From Laetmonice hystrix (taxonomy: Eukaryota), in contig OZ249442.1 of the NCBI GenBank assembly GCA_965235115.1, positions 18,662,001-18,726,000 on the forward strand: a stretch of 64,000 nucleotides of DNA, in the 5' to 3' direction. The translations under genes were made by a program, and so were the position numbers. The stretch's first letter is position 1; each line of letters begins with the position of its first letter. Positions 51,551-64,000 of this stretch are shown in pieces. Below the pieces are notes generated by a model. The model saw nothing but the letters and a program-made list of their open reading frames with translations, was not told the origin of the DNA and did no database searches.

Positions 51551-52877
51551 ACCTGACGAAACGTTTCTCATGCACCAGTGTGAAAAATAGGTCAAAAGTG
51601 TTCTGGTATCTGGCACAACCCCTTTGACTCTAGTCTTATGAATCTGGAAGAAACGTTTCGATGACATTCTGTTTAAAAAGAAAACGTCCTAATTTTAGGA
51701 TGGCAGTGTAATATGTTAGATCCGTCGTTTGGCTAGATTGCGCTCACATGTAAGAAAAATGATTTAATCCAAGTGATCTCACTGTGCGTCAGCCGTGAAA
51801 AGCCACTCAACTCATGGTCAGCTAATGGTCGGCTCATGGTCATCTCATAATCAGCAGAGAATTAAAATCAGGAGGTCCCGTAACCTCAGGTCCTAAGGTC
51901 TTCCAACGCCGGTTATGATACACTATTGCGGAAGATGGATGTGGAAACCAGAAGACCAGGGGAACTAGTTCTCTACCTGCCTTCCAGTAATTTTCTGAAA
52001 GCATGTAAAAGGTCAAACCTCGCACGGATAAGGTCAAAGTGACCAATGTACATAAGGTCAACGATTTGCCCACATTAGCGTCCGACGCCCTGTGTGGTAG
52101 GATGCCCAGTACAGTGTGAGGTGTGACGGGTGATCACCTCAAGCATCAGGGGACTGTGGTAAGATACATTGGTATTAATTAATAATTGGAGGATTTTAAT
52201 AACATTGGCCTTACGGGACCTCTCTCGGAACTGATTAAAGAACCTATATACAGATACACGTTCCGAAATCATTACAGAAAGTCTGTTCAACGCTCGATAA
52301 TAAAAATGTCGTATGTCCTGTGTTACCTTCAGTGTAAATTACAGCTTTAGGTTGAAAATAAAGTCTTTATGGGCCCTCTAAAGATGCCGGTAAATATTTA
52401 GAGATCCCACGCGATAGTCTGCTTGTAGTAATGAAGTTCAGCCGAGGCCCCGTGGTTGAGCCCCAATCTACGCATGTGCCTGTGCAAGGCTCAGCAGTAC
52501 TTGTTCATTGAGGTCATGTATACTGTTTGGCAAAGTTTACCTTATGAATCACTGACGCTTGGTTGATGTATGACTATGTTTAATTTGGTGATTCCAGACT
52601 GTTGAAAGGACTGTTAAATGTTAAGGAGCTCTGAGCTGGCACACAGCATCAAAGTGTCAACAAGTGAATGACATGAAGGTATGTCAGACCGTCCTGTTTC
52701 TTCATGCCAAAAGTATGCTCCTATTGCTGGCCGGTCATTAATTGTTTTATTGTAGGATTGGGTGCTCATACATTTCGGTTTCTTGGTATCAGTGGAGGTT
52801 TGCGACTCTGGTTGAGAGACTTTGAATACAGCCTGGTGGTTATTCTCCACTATATATTAAACTACCCACTAAATTAA

Positions 52878-53152
52878 CAGGGTGACTACAGCACAGGGAA
52901 AACAGGGAAAATGGCCTCCAAACGCAGATGATTGGTCAAAATCTCCAAAAGACAGGGAAGACACAGGGACAAAAAATGACAGCCAGAAAAAATTGGGTAA
53001 AAATCGTTGGTCGTTGGATCCAGTGATGGCGATCTGATTCAAGATGGCCGCCATATTTGATGAAAACACTTATTAGTAGTCGTATCGGATCACAGGGGAA
53101 AATGTTATTGCGGGACAGGGAATTTAAAAATGTAATTTGTGTGGTCACCCTG
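52878..53152. mobile_element. hAT-like MITE (CAGGGTGAC(T/C)ACA TIRs, ACAGGGA subterminal repeats)
   Basis: CAGGGTGACTACA versus the reverse complement of TGTGGTCACCCTG: 1 mismatch in 13. ACAGGG(A/G) is repeated about six times inside. No 8-bp TSD detected. Confidence 0.7.
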
Positions 53153-53158
53153 ACTAAA

Positions 53159-53275
53159 GGCGCTAGGGTTAGGGACAAGGTTAGGGGTAGGGATACATCT
53201 TTCGGAAGGCTGGGGACCGGGGGTAGGAGTTAGGTTCAGGGGTGGGGATTTAGTGGCGTTTTACCATGTGGAATC
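53159..53275. mobile_element. Fragment of a family A element (G-rich orientation)
   Basis: GCTAGGGTTAGGG...CTGGGGACCGGGGGTAGGAGT...GGGATTTAGTGG matches the reverse complement of ~6215-6300. Confidence 0.65.
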
Positions 53276-54789
53276 TACTACCTGTGTCTATTGGCAGCCG
53301 CCTTCATCTTTCCTTTCATATGTTTCATGTGCACACCAAGCTATACGTACATGTATTTAAAAACGATCGTTGACATGCTGCTGTCAGACTTAGTATTTAG
53401 TAGACCATGAAGGTCTCAGGAATTTTGACTTCCAATACCAAATAACAACGGATCTGTAATGAACCTGGTTGCTTTTCAGCCTCCACGATTGGTTTTTAAG
53501 GGCACTAGCACAAAAGTTTAGGGGACGAATGGGGACGAATGGATAGTAATTTATTACAAGTCGTTTGGTTTGGTTGCCCACGGATTACATCAGTACATGT
53601 TGGTGGTATTTAGTTTTTGCAATAACTGAAGCTCATTGAAGGTTGAAGTCCCTACCCACAGGGAATCAACTTTATATCATGTCGGCAGATAACACTAATG
53701 AAATAATCATGAAGTCCGCGGGAGAGATTATATGATAAAACTGGCTAGTTGTATTGGACGTAGAGGGCAACTGTTTGTCATCACTTTGAATTCTTGTCTC
53801 GGCACCAAGTTCCTAGATTGGCAAGCCATGGTCAAAATGACTGCATATATCGAGGCAATAATATAGCCGTATGATCAGAACGACATAATCAAATTCAGAT
53901 TAATTTATATTGGTTGGAATACATTTATTTGATAGGCTGCTGACGTATTTGATGTCGAAAATGTCTTTTACTCATGGACGAGCATTACAAGTATACATGA
54001 GAAGGTGCTGTTCTTTTTCGTTCTTCAGAAAGAGTTTTGTGTAATTAGTAGATGTGTCATCTTGGAGAGTGGTCAACATGTCTTATTTATGCCTTAATAT
54101 GTGCACGAGACGAGGCCGAGCTCAAAGAAGACGAGACCTGCAATATGTACTTTATTGCACTGAACCCTGTAAAATACAAGTTAATTATTCGAATCGAGAT
54201 GAAATGATGTCTAAATAAACTGGGACTGACACCGCGCACTAAAAGTGCATTATGCTCTGATAATTGCACTATTAGTCGACGGTATAATGCACTGTTAGCT
54301 CTTTAGCATAATGCATAGCAATTCTTTATGTAGAGCTCATTATGCCGTTTCGTGTAACTTGTTAACAGTCGGCGTTAAATACGTACATCTTGCTCAGCTG
54401 AGATCATTAAGACAGCAGTGCCATCCTTTCAGTTTGTCCCCATGAAACATTCAGAGAGGAAGCGGCCATGATTAGATAATGGCCAACTTGGCATGTTTAC
54501 AGCCAAAACAATTGCTTTTATAATGAGTCTAAGAGTGTCGTATGGACTTGAATTGGGAAATGGCATGGTGCATGTCTGAGGGAGCAGCTATGTTCATCCG
54601 AATAGCTCCACTGCCATTGCTCACTGATATTCAAACCCTCGTCCTACATGGGATTTATTCATCAGGCGCACTGGTCAGAACGTAATAGTGGATTATGACA
54701 TGTAATACTGCCGTTTATTTTCTGCGATGGTCACCATAATGATAGTTGGGTACGGATGTCCGTACCTGACGACAGGAAATGACCGTGTG

Positions 54790-55092
54790 TCATTGAAAAA
54801 AGAAAGGTCAGGAAACCTTAACGTCCTGGACCTTGTGCCCTTAAAACAAAAGTTAAGAGACCTTAATCTCCCAGACCGTGTTCCCTTGAAAACAAACGTT
54901 AGCAGACCTTAACCTCCCAGACTGTGTTCCCTTGAAAACAAACGTTAGCAGACCTTAACCTCCCAGACTGTGTTCCCTTGAAAACAAACGTTAGCAGACC
55001 TTAACCTCCCAGACCGTGTTCCCTTGAAAACAATTGGTGAAGAGAAGGTAACAACCGCGACCAGGTGACATTGAAAACAAAGGTCAGGAAAA
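54790..55092. repeat. 46-bp minisatellite (4 near-identical units plus diverged flanking units)
   Basis: GACCTTAACCTCCCAGACTGTGTTCCCTTGAAAACAAACGTTAGCA starts at 54859, 54905, 54951 and 54997. Diverged CATTGAAAA..AAAGGTCAGGAAA units lie at both ends. Confidence 0.95.
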
Positions 55093-56955
55093 GATGCAGC
55101 TTGGCCCACTCTGGTTCGACATCAGCCTCACGGCTCTACCTCCAATGCGCCATAGTACCGATATTAACATAACCAAGACTTGCTAGGTTTTCAATAATAG
55201 AAATATAAGTCGAAAATGTGACTAAATCGTTAAAAAACATCGGTCAATCTCTAATTGAGTTTGTAGCATATCCACGCCAATGTGGATAATGTGAAACTAT
55301 GCAACACGCTAACTGGAACTGCCTCAGACAGATGTCGAACTGGAGAGTTTTTAGATTGGGGTTAATCTAGGCTCGCTGTCTACTTAGGTAGCTTAATAAT
55401 AGTTACAATCCTTGGATCCTAGCATATTCTTATTATCTACCGCGTAGGATATAATAGGATAGATAAAACTTGTCAAAAAATACTACTTCCATTAAGACCG
55501 CTGATAAGATAAAACGGTTACCACCTATTCGCCTTTAAAAGCCGTAACATACTGGCAACTGTTATTTAATTCAGATGGTGATTCGGTACTGCGTCCTGAA
55601 GAAAGACCAATCGGGTGTTGCAAAAGGTCAAGTTAGGAGCTTAATCTTTGACCGAAGTAGGCTAAGAGGTCTGCATGTTCAGAAACTGTCGTTATATTGA
55701 AGTCGCCCACAACGACAACATGATACTTTTGCCCGTAACCGCTGGATGTTGTACCTCGTAGTCCTGATGGCCTCTGTTAGAGAGAGAATGTGTGTGTTAG
55801 TATCGCATGTAGAGTATATGCATCACTTAAATTGGTTTCATTATCAGGACATGCAGGAAGGTATGACGGCTGATAGTGCCGGCAATTAGCCCAGATAAAC
55901 ATTGCAACTAGCAGCGTCAAGCCATGGGACAACTGTGCAGTTCGAGAATGCTTTATTTTTTGTCTTGTTACAATTTCCCCCCACTCTTATTATCCGATTA
56001 TCTTTGTGTTTTAATCGCAACCGTAAGTGTTAGAAGTAGACCACAACGTGTGAGTAAGATTGACATTTTAATTGTTGGCATGGTTTGTGGGATCAATCTG
56101 AGTGTATCATCTTGTCAGTTTGAGTTGAAGGACCAGTTTGTAATTCTTGTCCTCCCCCTCCTCCACTGGTTGAGAAGAATGACATGTCTACGCGGTTTGG
56201 CTATATATATTACCATCCGATATATAAACGGACACGCTGGTTTTACCATCGATAAAGCCAGAGGTGGGCCACGGGAGTGAGCCAGCCGACCCCCTCAGTG
56301 CTGTCGTACGGCAGTAAAGCGTGTCCATCTGTCGGGGAACTTGTCAGCATGTCAGCACGTAACAGGGGAGTAAAACGGACATCCAGCTCACAGATGTAGC
56401 CCTAATTGCTAGCATTACTCCACATTCTGCTAGTTTGATATGTAGGCACGTGTTACGACATGTTACCGTTTTATTCCTCATTCGTCGGAATACTTGGTTT
56501 ATACAACTTTAGTAGTAACGATCATTAAATACTTAAATTTGGTGGATTATTTTAAGTGATCTTCCTCTCCAAAGTTAGATTTCTTACTCTCCCACCCCAC
56601 AGGTCCCTCAAGCCTACTGCAGTTTCCTGGTTGGTCGCAGGAAAAGATCGCAAAACAGATCAGTGCCGTATCCCTTGTCATATTTGTAGTTTAGTTGTTT
56701 GACACGCATTGCTAATTCTCATCTTTTGAATGAACCGCGGGGGCGAAGCGAGGTCAGGGGAGTAAAGTTGTCGCCTGGCTCGTAGAAACCACAAGTACAC
56801 CCCCACGGTATGGAACCACTCGCCGTCATTATATAGAGCGGTGCGTTTCAGTTAAAAGGTTCTGCTGCGACTGGTGGAGATTCGGTCCCAGAGATAAAAG
56901 TTCTACCAGTCAGGTTGTGATGACGGGCTGGCACAGAGAGACATTAGAAGGTCTT

Positions 56956-56987
<32 letters not shown>
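56956..56987. repeat. (CCAG)8 microsatellite
   Basis: Direct reading. Confidence 0.97.
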
Positions 56988-59900
56988 GTCGATGGACACA
57001 CAGATGGAGACTTGTGATGAGATGGGGGCATTGATTTGTGCAGACCGATCAGAGATGTAGCATCGGGATTTTTTCCCCTCTGAAGCAACTTTGGAGCTGC
57101 AGCTGTGATATTTCATATATATTTCAGCCAGACAAAAGACGAAATTTGACAGCATACGAACCGTATCGGTCGGTCTGGGAGGGAGGGAGGGGGTGGTTGG
57201 AGAGAACAGCAAATCATGACTAGCTCTAGTTATGTCTGTTTGGTAGCTGTACCTAGTTACTGTTCCACAAGTTGTACACTTCCAATATGTGATGGTGATT
57301 AGGGGAGTCGCCATGGGTCAGCCATCATACTGGGCTGCTCAGCCAACGAGAACAAAGTCTCTCATTACGTTCGAAGAAAAATGTGTTCATCTCAACCTCC
57401 CCACAATTAACGTTGGCGACAAGTGACAAGATCGCAACATGTCAGGCCTGACAGCATGGTCTGTCATTGTCAATTCTACGTGTGAAGGTTGAAAGTTCAT
57501 AGGTGACTCGGTGTGAGTTATAACTGATGAGATGATAGTGATTGGGCAAAAATTACAGGTAAAATGACAGGTGATTGTTTCATGTCTGCATAAAAAGAGA
57601 GATAATACAACAAAGCCGAGTAAGAAAAATGACTTTGGCTGTTTTCTTAAGCCGAAGGTGAGGCTTTGTTTTCACATCTTTCGAGACAGTCTACATCAGT
57701 CAGGTGTTCAGTAGATCTTCGCAAGATATGGTAATTTGACAGGTTAATTTCAGTTAAATACACTAATTCAGACGAAGGGGTGAGGGGCTAGGACAGCATG
57801 GTCCCATTCCTGTGATAATCACCGGGGCATTCCACATTAAACCACCAACCCCATCGCTTGATTGGCCTCACTCTTTACTTCGTAGTAACTGGTAATAAAA
57901 ATGCCATTAAAACCTTGGGTAACCGCTAAAACGATCTTATTAATCACACAAGTGTTGGACTGTTTGAGGATTTGGTAATGTTGGCGTAACGTTGAACTTT
58001 ATGTTAAGGTATGTCTTAACTCTGGAGCATTCCCATAACTTTGATTTCAGAACTCTTTTCTTAAATGAGAACAACGACCAGAATTCTCTTTAAATACTGT
58101 ACAATATCTTTCAATGGGATCATGTTGATTCTCTCCATGACCATTCTCATAATACTTTACTTTGAATTTTATGTGCCTCACTTGTAGGAATAACATGTTT
58201 TACTTCCGGTTCGATCGTAGTTTTGTAGTCCGATTGTACACATGAAAACGCTCCCATTGGAAATAGGCATAAACAATCGTAAAGGATAACGGAAACGGAC
58301 AACGGAAACGTACACATGGAAACCGATTACAGTATATTGTTACATATAATCACCGGCTAAAATTGTCTGATTTGATCCGTATACTTATTAAACTTGCGCT
58401 GTCCCGTCAATATTTTCTAGCAGACAGCAAGATATATTTAAAAGAAGTTCCTGAAACAGTTGTCTGGCTTTAGACAGTCTTTTGTCAGTTGAGATTGGAC
58501 TTTGAGGAATGTTTGTTATGAGGTATCAAGTAGAATTAAGGTTTACAAAGATTATGTGACTATCTGACAGTTTAGATATGAGCATGTCACTCTTCTGGAA
58601 ATTGGTGCCCAACCATGATACTACATTTTGCAGGTTTGCGAAAGGTAATTTCATAATCTGTTAGATATTTCAAGACTGAAACAGAAACTCTATTATTGAA
58701 ATAAATTTAAATAAAGGCAGCCCAGGGACCAACTATTGAAATGATTACTCCGACACGAAATGAATTTGTCTGGATGTTCGGCTGCACTAAGCGTTGGTAA
58801 TAAAAAAAGAGATTTCTCAGAAATGAACCGATACAGATTTTGACTGTTCTCTACTAGCAGGGATTGCTCCAGACAGACAGGCAGGCAGGCTCTTTGACAG
58901 TCTTTTAATTGGTCACTACCTCTGCCCGTTTTCCTTGGCAGAACAGACAAACCAACTCGAAGGGTCTGGCCAACTGTTGTCTTCCCGATTCCTAATTGGT
59001 CTCTTACTGGTGGTCCACTGGTGGTCCACCTGGGCTAGCTGGGCATCCGCTGATTACCGGTGACTGCCCGGCCACAGACATGTCCAGTGTGGGGGCACCC
59101 ACTGCAGGCAACAGTTCAAAACAGCCAACAGATTTGGTGGCTATTTACAATAACAAAATAGGTCATGGTTAAAGGATATCAGGTATGCTTCAGGTTTAGG
59201 GACCTAATTCAACTGAAGAGGGTTTTGGTGGTGGCACTCTGCAGGAGCCTGTGGTATTTATTTCGATTTGATAAGCTATTTAACAAGAAGACCATTGGCC
59301 TGAAATTAGAACAAATAAGTTGTCTTAATTTTAGGTAGATATATGTGAAACACACTACCTTTCTGAAGCATTACATCCTGTTGATGAGTTTTGTCATGAA
59401 AGGCTTTGGTTGGTCCAGCCGTGTTTGTGCGACTAGGCATATAAAAGAACCTTTGCAATGTTTCGAAAAGAGTAAGGGGATTGCCTCCTGGTGGCAGACC
59501 TGTGTCTTTCTCACTCACTCATTGTATTGATTTAAACAAAATATTACAACTTTGTACAAGTTGGTACTGTGAAAGGACGGAATTCCTGTTTGGCTCCGTT
59601 TTCCAGCTGCCCTGACGTGATGGGGATGGATCCCGTTCGTATACATACGTATACACAATACAGGGGGTTTAGGTGTCTGGCTAATAGTGGCTACTGGTTC
59701 TAAGAAACCAGTCGGACAAGCTGAACCTTGTTATCAGAACGTTGGGAACTCAGCCGTGGAAACAAAGATGAACCGATGCCTGTCGACCCATTCCGTACAA
59801 TACAGATTGGGGACATTTTTTGGTAGGTATAGAAGAATACGGTTTAATTACAGTGATTTGATGGATGGTTTATCCTGTACGATATATCAAATAACGATAC

Positions 59901-62900
59901 GGACGGGACAACCCGTCGTGTTTAGTCTGTCATTTATCGCGGCTGGGGGTGTTCTTTTGTACTTCTTCACGTCTGAAACTTCAAAACACTGGGGTACTCG
60001 TCAACTCAACTTGTTCTCCTTCCGCGGATTTTTTAACACGAAAGGAAAAGTAAAATGAAATGATGTATTTTATTTTATTCTACGAAAGCTGCCTCCTCCC
60101 CTTAGGTCACTGTCTGGAATATTAGTAACTGCTATCGGTTCATTTCTGATAATTCTCCCTTTTATTGCCAGCACTCAGTGCAGCCAAACATCCAAACAAT
60201 TTCATTTCATTTTCATTTCAATTCTTGGTCCCAAGGGCAGCTTTTATTTTAAAAACGACTACTCATGCAATTTTACTATAATGATAAAGCGTCTGTTTCA
60301 GTCTAACATAATAAAAGGAACAAAATTAGGAGAGAATACATATGGTTGGCTTAAATTCATGCCAACCTCGAAATCAAGACTGCCACATCCTGCCCTAATC
60401 ACTTTCAAAACAGTTTCATATTTTGTTAAAGATTTGTTTTCCTCGTTGGATTTTGGCTGTAAATTTTGCTATGCCTCATCTGTTGTCACAGACAGGTAAA
60501 TATGTGTGGAAGTTGTAAGGTATTTGGTAGTTAGGTTCTGATTGACATTGTGATTGGGCTGAGAGGTGGCCAAGGCGTCAGGCAGATGGCTTGACAACGG
60601 ATTAAAGTTGTCTCCCAACGCTACTCGAGCCGTCAACAGGTATCACACACATTCTCTTCATCCCGTTGGCTCGTCTCTTCAAAGGGTCCCTTTTTCTGCA
60701 CCGTCTTGGTGAACACCAGGCTGCCAGCAAAACCATAGAATTTACACTATTACATGAACCTCTCAGCCTGCTATACAAACCGATGGGTGTGCTAAATTAT
60801 ATATTCCTTGCAGCAGGGCCAGTTTTCTGTATAATGCACAGGCAAAGCTTAACAGGTAATCAGACAGGTAGGCCCAAAAAAAACCTTTTATGTGTGTGAA
60901 AGTGTAGATTCCCCTGGGGGTTGTCTCGAAAGGGGATGGGGGCTTTGTGTAGGGGTAAGGCTGGAAGGAACAGGGGCTCTAGTTGTCTGTCAGGAACAAA
61001 AGACTATAAAATTAACCTTTCTAAGTGAGGCGTGTGGAGCCGGTGTATGTTTGGTAGTCGGTGAAGGAGGGTGTATTGTTATATAGGAGGTTTACAGAAC
61101 AGCCCTGGCTGACGCGCTGTTTGGCTATACTTACTGACATGACGGTCAGTGTTGATTCTGACCAAACAGTCCCATGATTGGACGGCCCGATGCATCTCAT
61201 GGCCCTGTTTTTGTGTAATTGGTCATTTTAGTCAAGTTTAAACGGGACAGGAGGCGAAGAGTGTTGAGAATTAGGAAATAAGGTCACACGTGGTGTCATG
61301 ATTTGGTGTTGGCAAGGAGACAGGTGTTGGGGTCGGCCGAGGGTCAGGACGCCCTGTGTCAGACACCTCCAAGATAAAGACACGCCTGGCCGTTCTTACA
61401 TATAATTGCCGGGTCACAACTTGACTAACCAAGCTAACTAACCATGCCTTCACTGGGGAGATGACCCTTGGAGTGAGGACTGACCGCGGACGAGTCTGAC
61501 CACAATAAGACGTCCACAGAATCAGTTAAAACTCGCCCCATCCTGGTGTATCTCAAACCTGGCTATACTTGAAGGGCCACACACACAAAAAATCCTCCCT
61601 GAGGCGCAGACATGTGAAACCCACTCAGTGGTGAAATCTGTGAATGAGAGGGATGAAAACTAATTAAAGTGAGGATGAGGGGGTGTGGGAAAGGCCGAGA
61701 CAAAATGGACGCTTTTTTCATCCAAGTTGGTGATGCTGGGTCGGTCGTTTCAAAAGAATGCCGATTAATAAGTTGGTTACCACACCATTGTGAATCTCCC
61801 ACCTGCAGCATAATATGCCCCAAAGGTAGGCACTATAATGAGATGTTACCACAGCCATAGAACACGGAGGTAACCTTCGGTAGCTTCATTTTGGCGAAAG
61901 AATGGGGTGTCAATGAAAGAAGTTTTCCAACCTGCTGTTCAACTAAGTGAGCGTCTCTTTATAAGAAATTCAACTGTCAATGGGAATTCCTTGACATTAG
62001 ATGCACGCCGCGTCGAGGGCTATCTTGTGTTAAGAGGACATTAAGAGTAGGTTGGTATAGCTTAAGAATGGACAAATATTTCCTTATTAAAAGGCTTTAT
62101 TTATTCAGCCTGGTCAGTGAAGTGTGTAGAGCGCAGACCGTCAGCGCAGACAACAGGTGAAGTTGACACGCACTTCACTTCATCCTCCTACACATAGAAT
62201 GTGGTGTGCACTGACTCAAGACATATCATGTGTCAAGTCATCGGCCGGCATTAAGATATCAGTATGTCATTCACATATGTACCCTTGCTTGGAACAATGC
62301 TAGCTGTGCTCTGTCCACATCACGTACCGTCTCCATGTTTGCAGGCTGGCCTCATTGTAAGCAGTGAAACACATACTGTTTGAGAGCACTCCCAAATGAG
62401 ACATTACATGTGCACAACTTAAACATGCAAGAATCATGAAAGACAGATTGTAGTAGAATATGTGCCGGGGGTTGTAATATTCCTGTGTCTGACCTCGGGT
62501 ATTGTGCGCTATCTCGTTAGCATAAGTGAACATCCTTCAAAGTGGCGCCAAGAAAAAAAAACCTCCGGGTGTCTTGTTTACTTCCTTCAGCCATGTAAAC
62601 AGTGAAATAAAAAGCAGGTTATCCCAGACTGATTGCATTTATATTTGCTATGTCATGCTTGCATGATACTGACTTGAACGTGAAGGGTGCACGTTTGGGG
62701 GATCAATATTATCCATGGTGTTTGTTTTAAACAAGTACATCTAACTGCACAACAGGTGAGACAGGTTTTACAGGTTAGCCTCATGTACGCGGTCCATTCA
62801 AAGAGAACTGCACTTTTGTATGTCATAAAAATCTGACGTCTCGGTGTAGCAATAAAACAAGATCATCAACATGTCAGTTGCCAACTCCCTTGTTTGACCT

Positions 62901-63249
62901 ACCCCCAACACAAACGGCTCCCGTTTCTATACAAAAGCCGCCCGTCCATTGGAATGTCACACCAAGCAGTGGTTTTCATTTTATACTCAGAGAAAATATC
63001 GCGAGGTGTCACACCGTTATTATAAGAGATTTCAAGTCGAACCCATTGGAAGTCGTTACAGCAGGGAGCGCGTTGATCCTGCCTGGAAAGTGGGAGCTTG
63101 GTGGACACTACCGGCCATTCAGGTGCCATATTGGTGTCTTATTTGCCGCAAGTGTCAACACTGTTCGCTCATTGACCTCTCGCTTATGGCCAGGAATGTT
63201 GACACTGGCTTTGTAGCCAACAGTAAAGACGGCAGCGAACAACGAGACT

Positions 63250-63570
63250 GACCGGCTAATTGCCCCGGCCGAGGACGTTCACCATCATCAGCGGTAACCA
63301 ACCACCGCCCCCTTCGTCTACACCTCCCTGTGGGCCCCGTGTGCTTGGGGTGGGGGCCCGCGTGTCCGGGGAGCCTGGGCCTCCCCAGAATCGGTGTCAC
63401 CGGCACCGGCGGAGGGGAGGAGGCCACGAGGGGCTGGTGGGGCGGGGGGGGGGGGGGGGGGATTGGGGTGTGGGGGTCGGCCTGTGTCAACGTCATCACT
63501 GGCTTGTTGTCTTCAGGTGTGTGGGGGGGGGGGGGGGGCGCATGACGTGGGCGGGGGTGGGTGCAGGAAA
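63250..63570. promoter_or_regulatory. GC/CpG-rich island with GC boxes, CRE-like ATGACGT sites and long G tracts (promoter-like)
   Basis: Markedly GC-rich against an AT-rich background. GGGCGGG at ~63439 and ~63550; ACGTCAT at ~63490 and ATGACGT at ~63542; two G runs of about 17-19 nt. Confidence 0.35.
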
Positions 63571-64000
63571 GAAAGGCCAACCATGATCACTTTTTAGCGC
63601 TTGACTTTATAAATAATAGATTTCATAGGCGAGATCCATCATAATAAACCACTGCCACATGTTTTGTCTTCAGGCAGTAGTTACGAGTAGCTTAGAACTT
63701 AGAATATAGAATACGATCGATTGGATAATTACCAATAATTGTTCAGTTGTACAGCTGATTATAATTCACGGTATAATATTAAGGTTGTTCAACCCTTGGA
63801 ACCTAATGAGCCAAAGTTATATGGAACTCGTTGGTCACAAACGGTAGAATCTTACTGCGTGCAGAGTTTATTGGTAATTTTCCAGCGACCATTCACAATT
63901 TCGGAATGTGCTTGCAAGGAAAGATATCTGGCCGTGTCCCCCGCCCTCCAAAAAAAAGGTCAAAAAAATAAAAAGGTAAAACCTAAACGAAATCTAAGTT

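Noticed and set aside
54859-55032. 46-bp (and 45-bp at 41184) repeats as a CRISPR array
   Set aside because: Units are contiguous with no unique spacers, there are no cas genes, and the context is eukaryotic.
63155-63597. Pro-rich and Gly-rich ORFs on both strands
   Set aside because: Explained by poly-G/C tracts and high GC content, which suppress stop codons.

Overview
This is AT-rich eukaryotic DNA, most likely from an invertebrate animal (inferred from the SINE/MITE repertoire and poly-G/C tracts). There are no prokaryote-type genes, operons, rRNA, tRNA or CRISPR arrays, and no ORF in the supplied track is a credible intact gene. The window reads as a large intron or gene desert containing: (i) heavily decayed retroelements, visible only by reading across stops and frameshifts: three minus-strand Penelope-like RT/GIY-YIG remnants (best at ~22.7-24.5 kb), weaker LINE-tail, DIRS-like and Gypsy-integrase-like scraps, and one 5'-truncated V-type SINE; (ii) at least seven MITEs, three with TTAA/AGG..CCT Kolobok-type ends; (iii) a dispersed element family with a telomere-like CCCTA(A/G) minisatellite, one copy expanded to a ~1.5 kb G-rich 13-bp array with an inverted copy nested inside; (iv) several tandem repeats; (v) one good isolated 75-nt minus-strand exon candidate at 47437-47511; (vi) a pre-miRNA-shaped hairpin at 8444-8515 and GC-rich, enhancer/promoter-like islands. 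I cannot support a new multi-gene system. The best leads are the miRNA-like hairpin, the exon with a CPI-like peptide and adjacent RNA structures, and the self-nesting satellite-carrying element. All motif matches were made by eye against remembered consensus sequences, without database searches.
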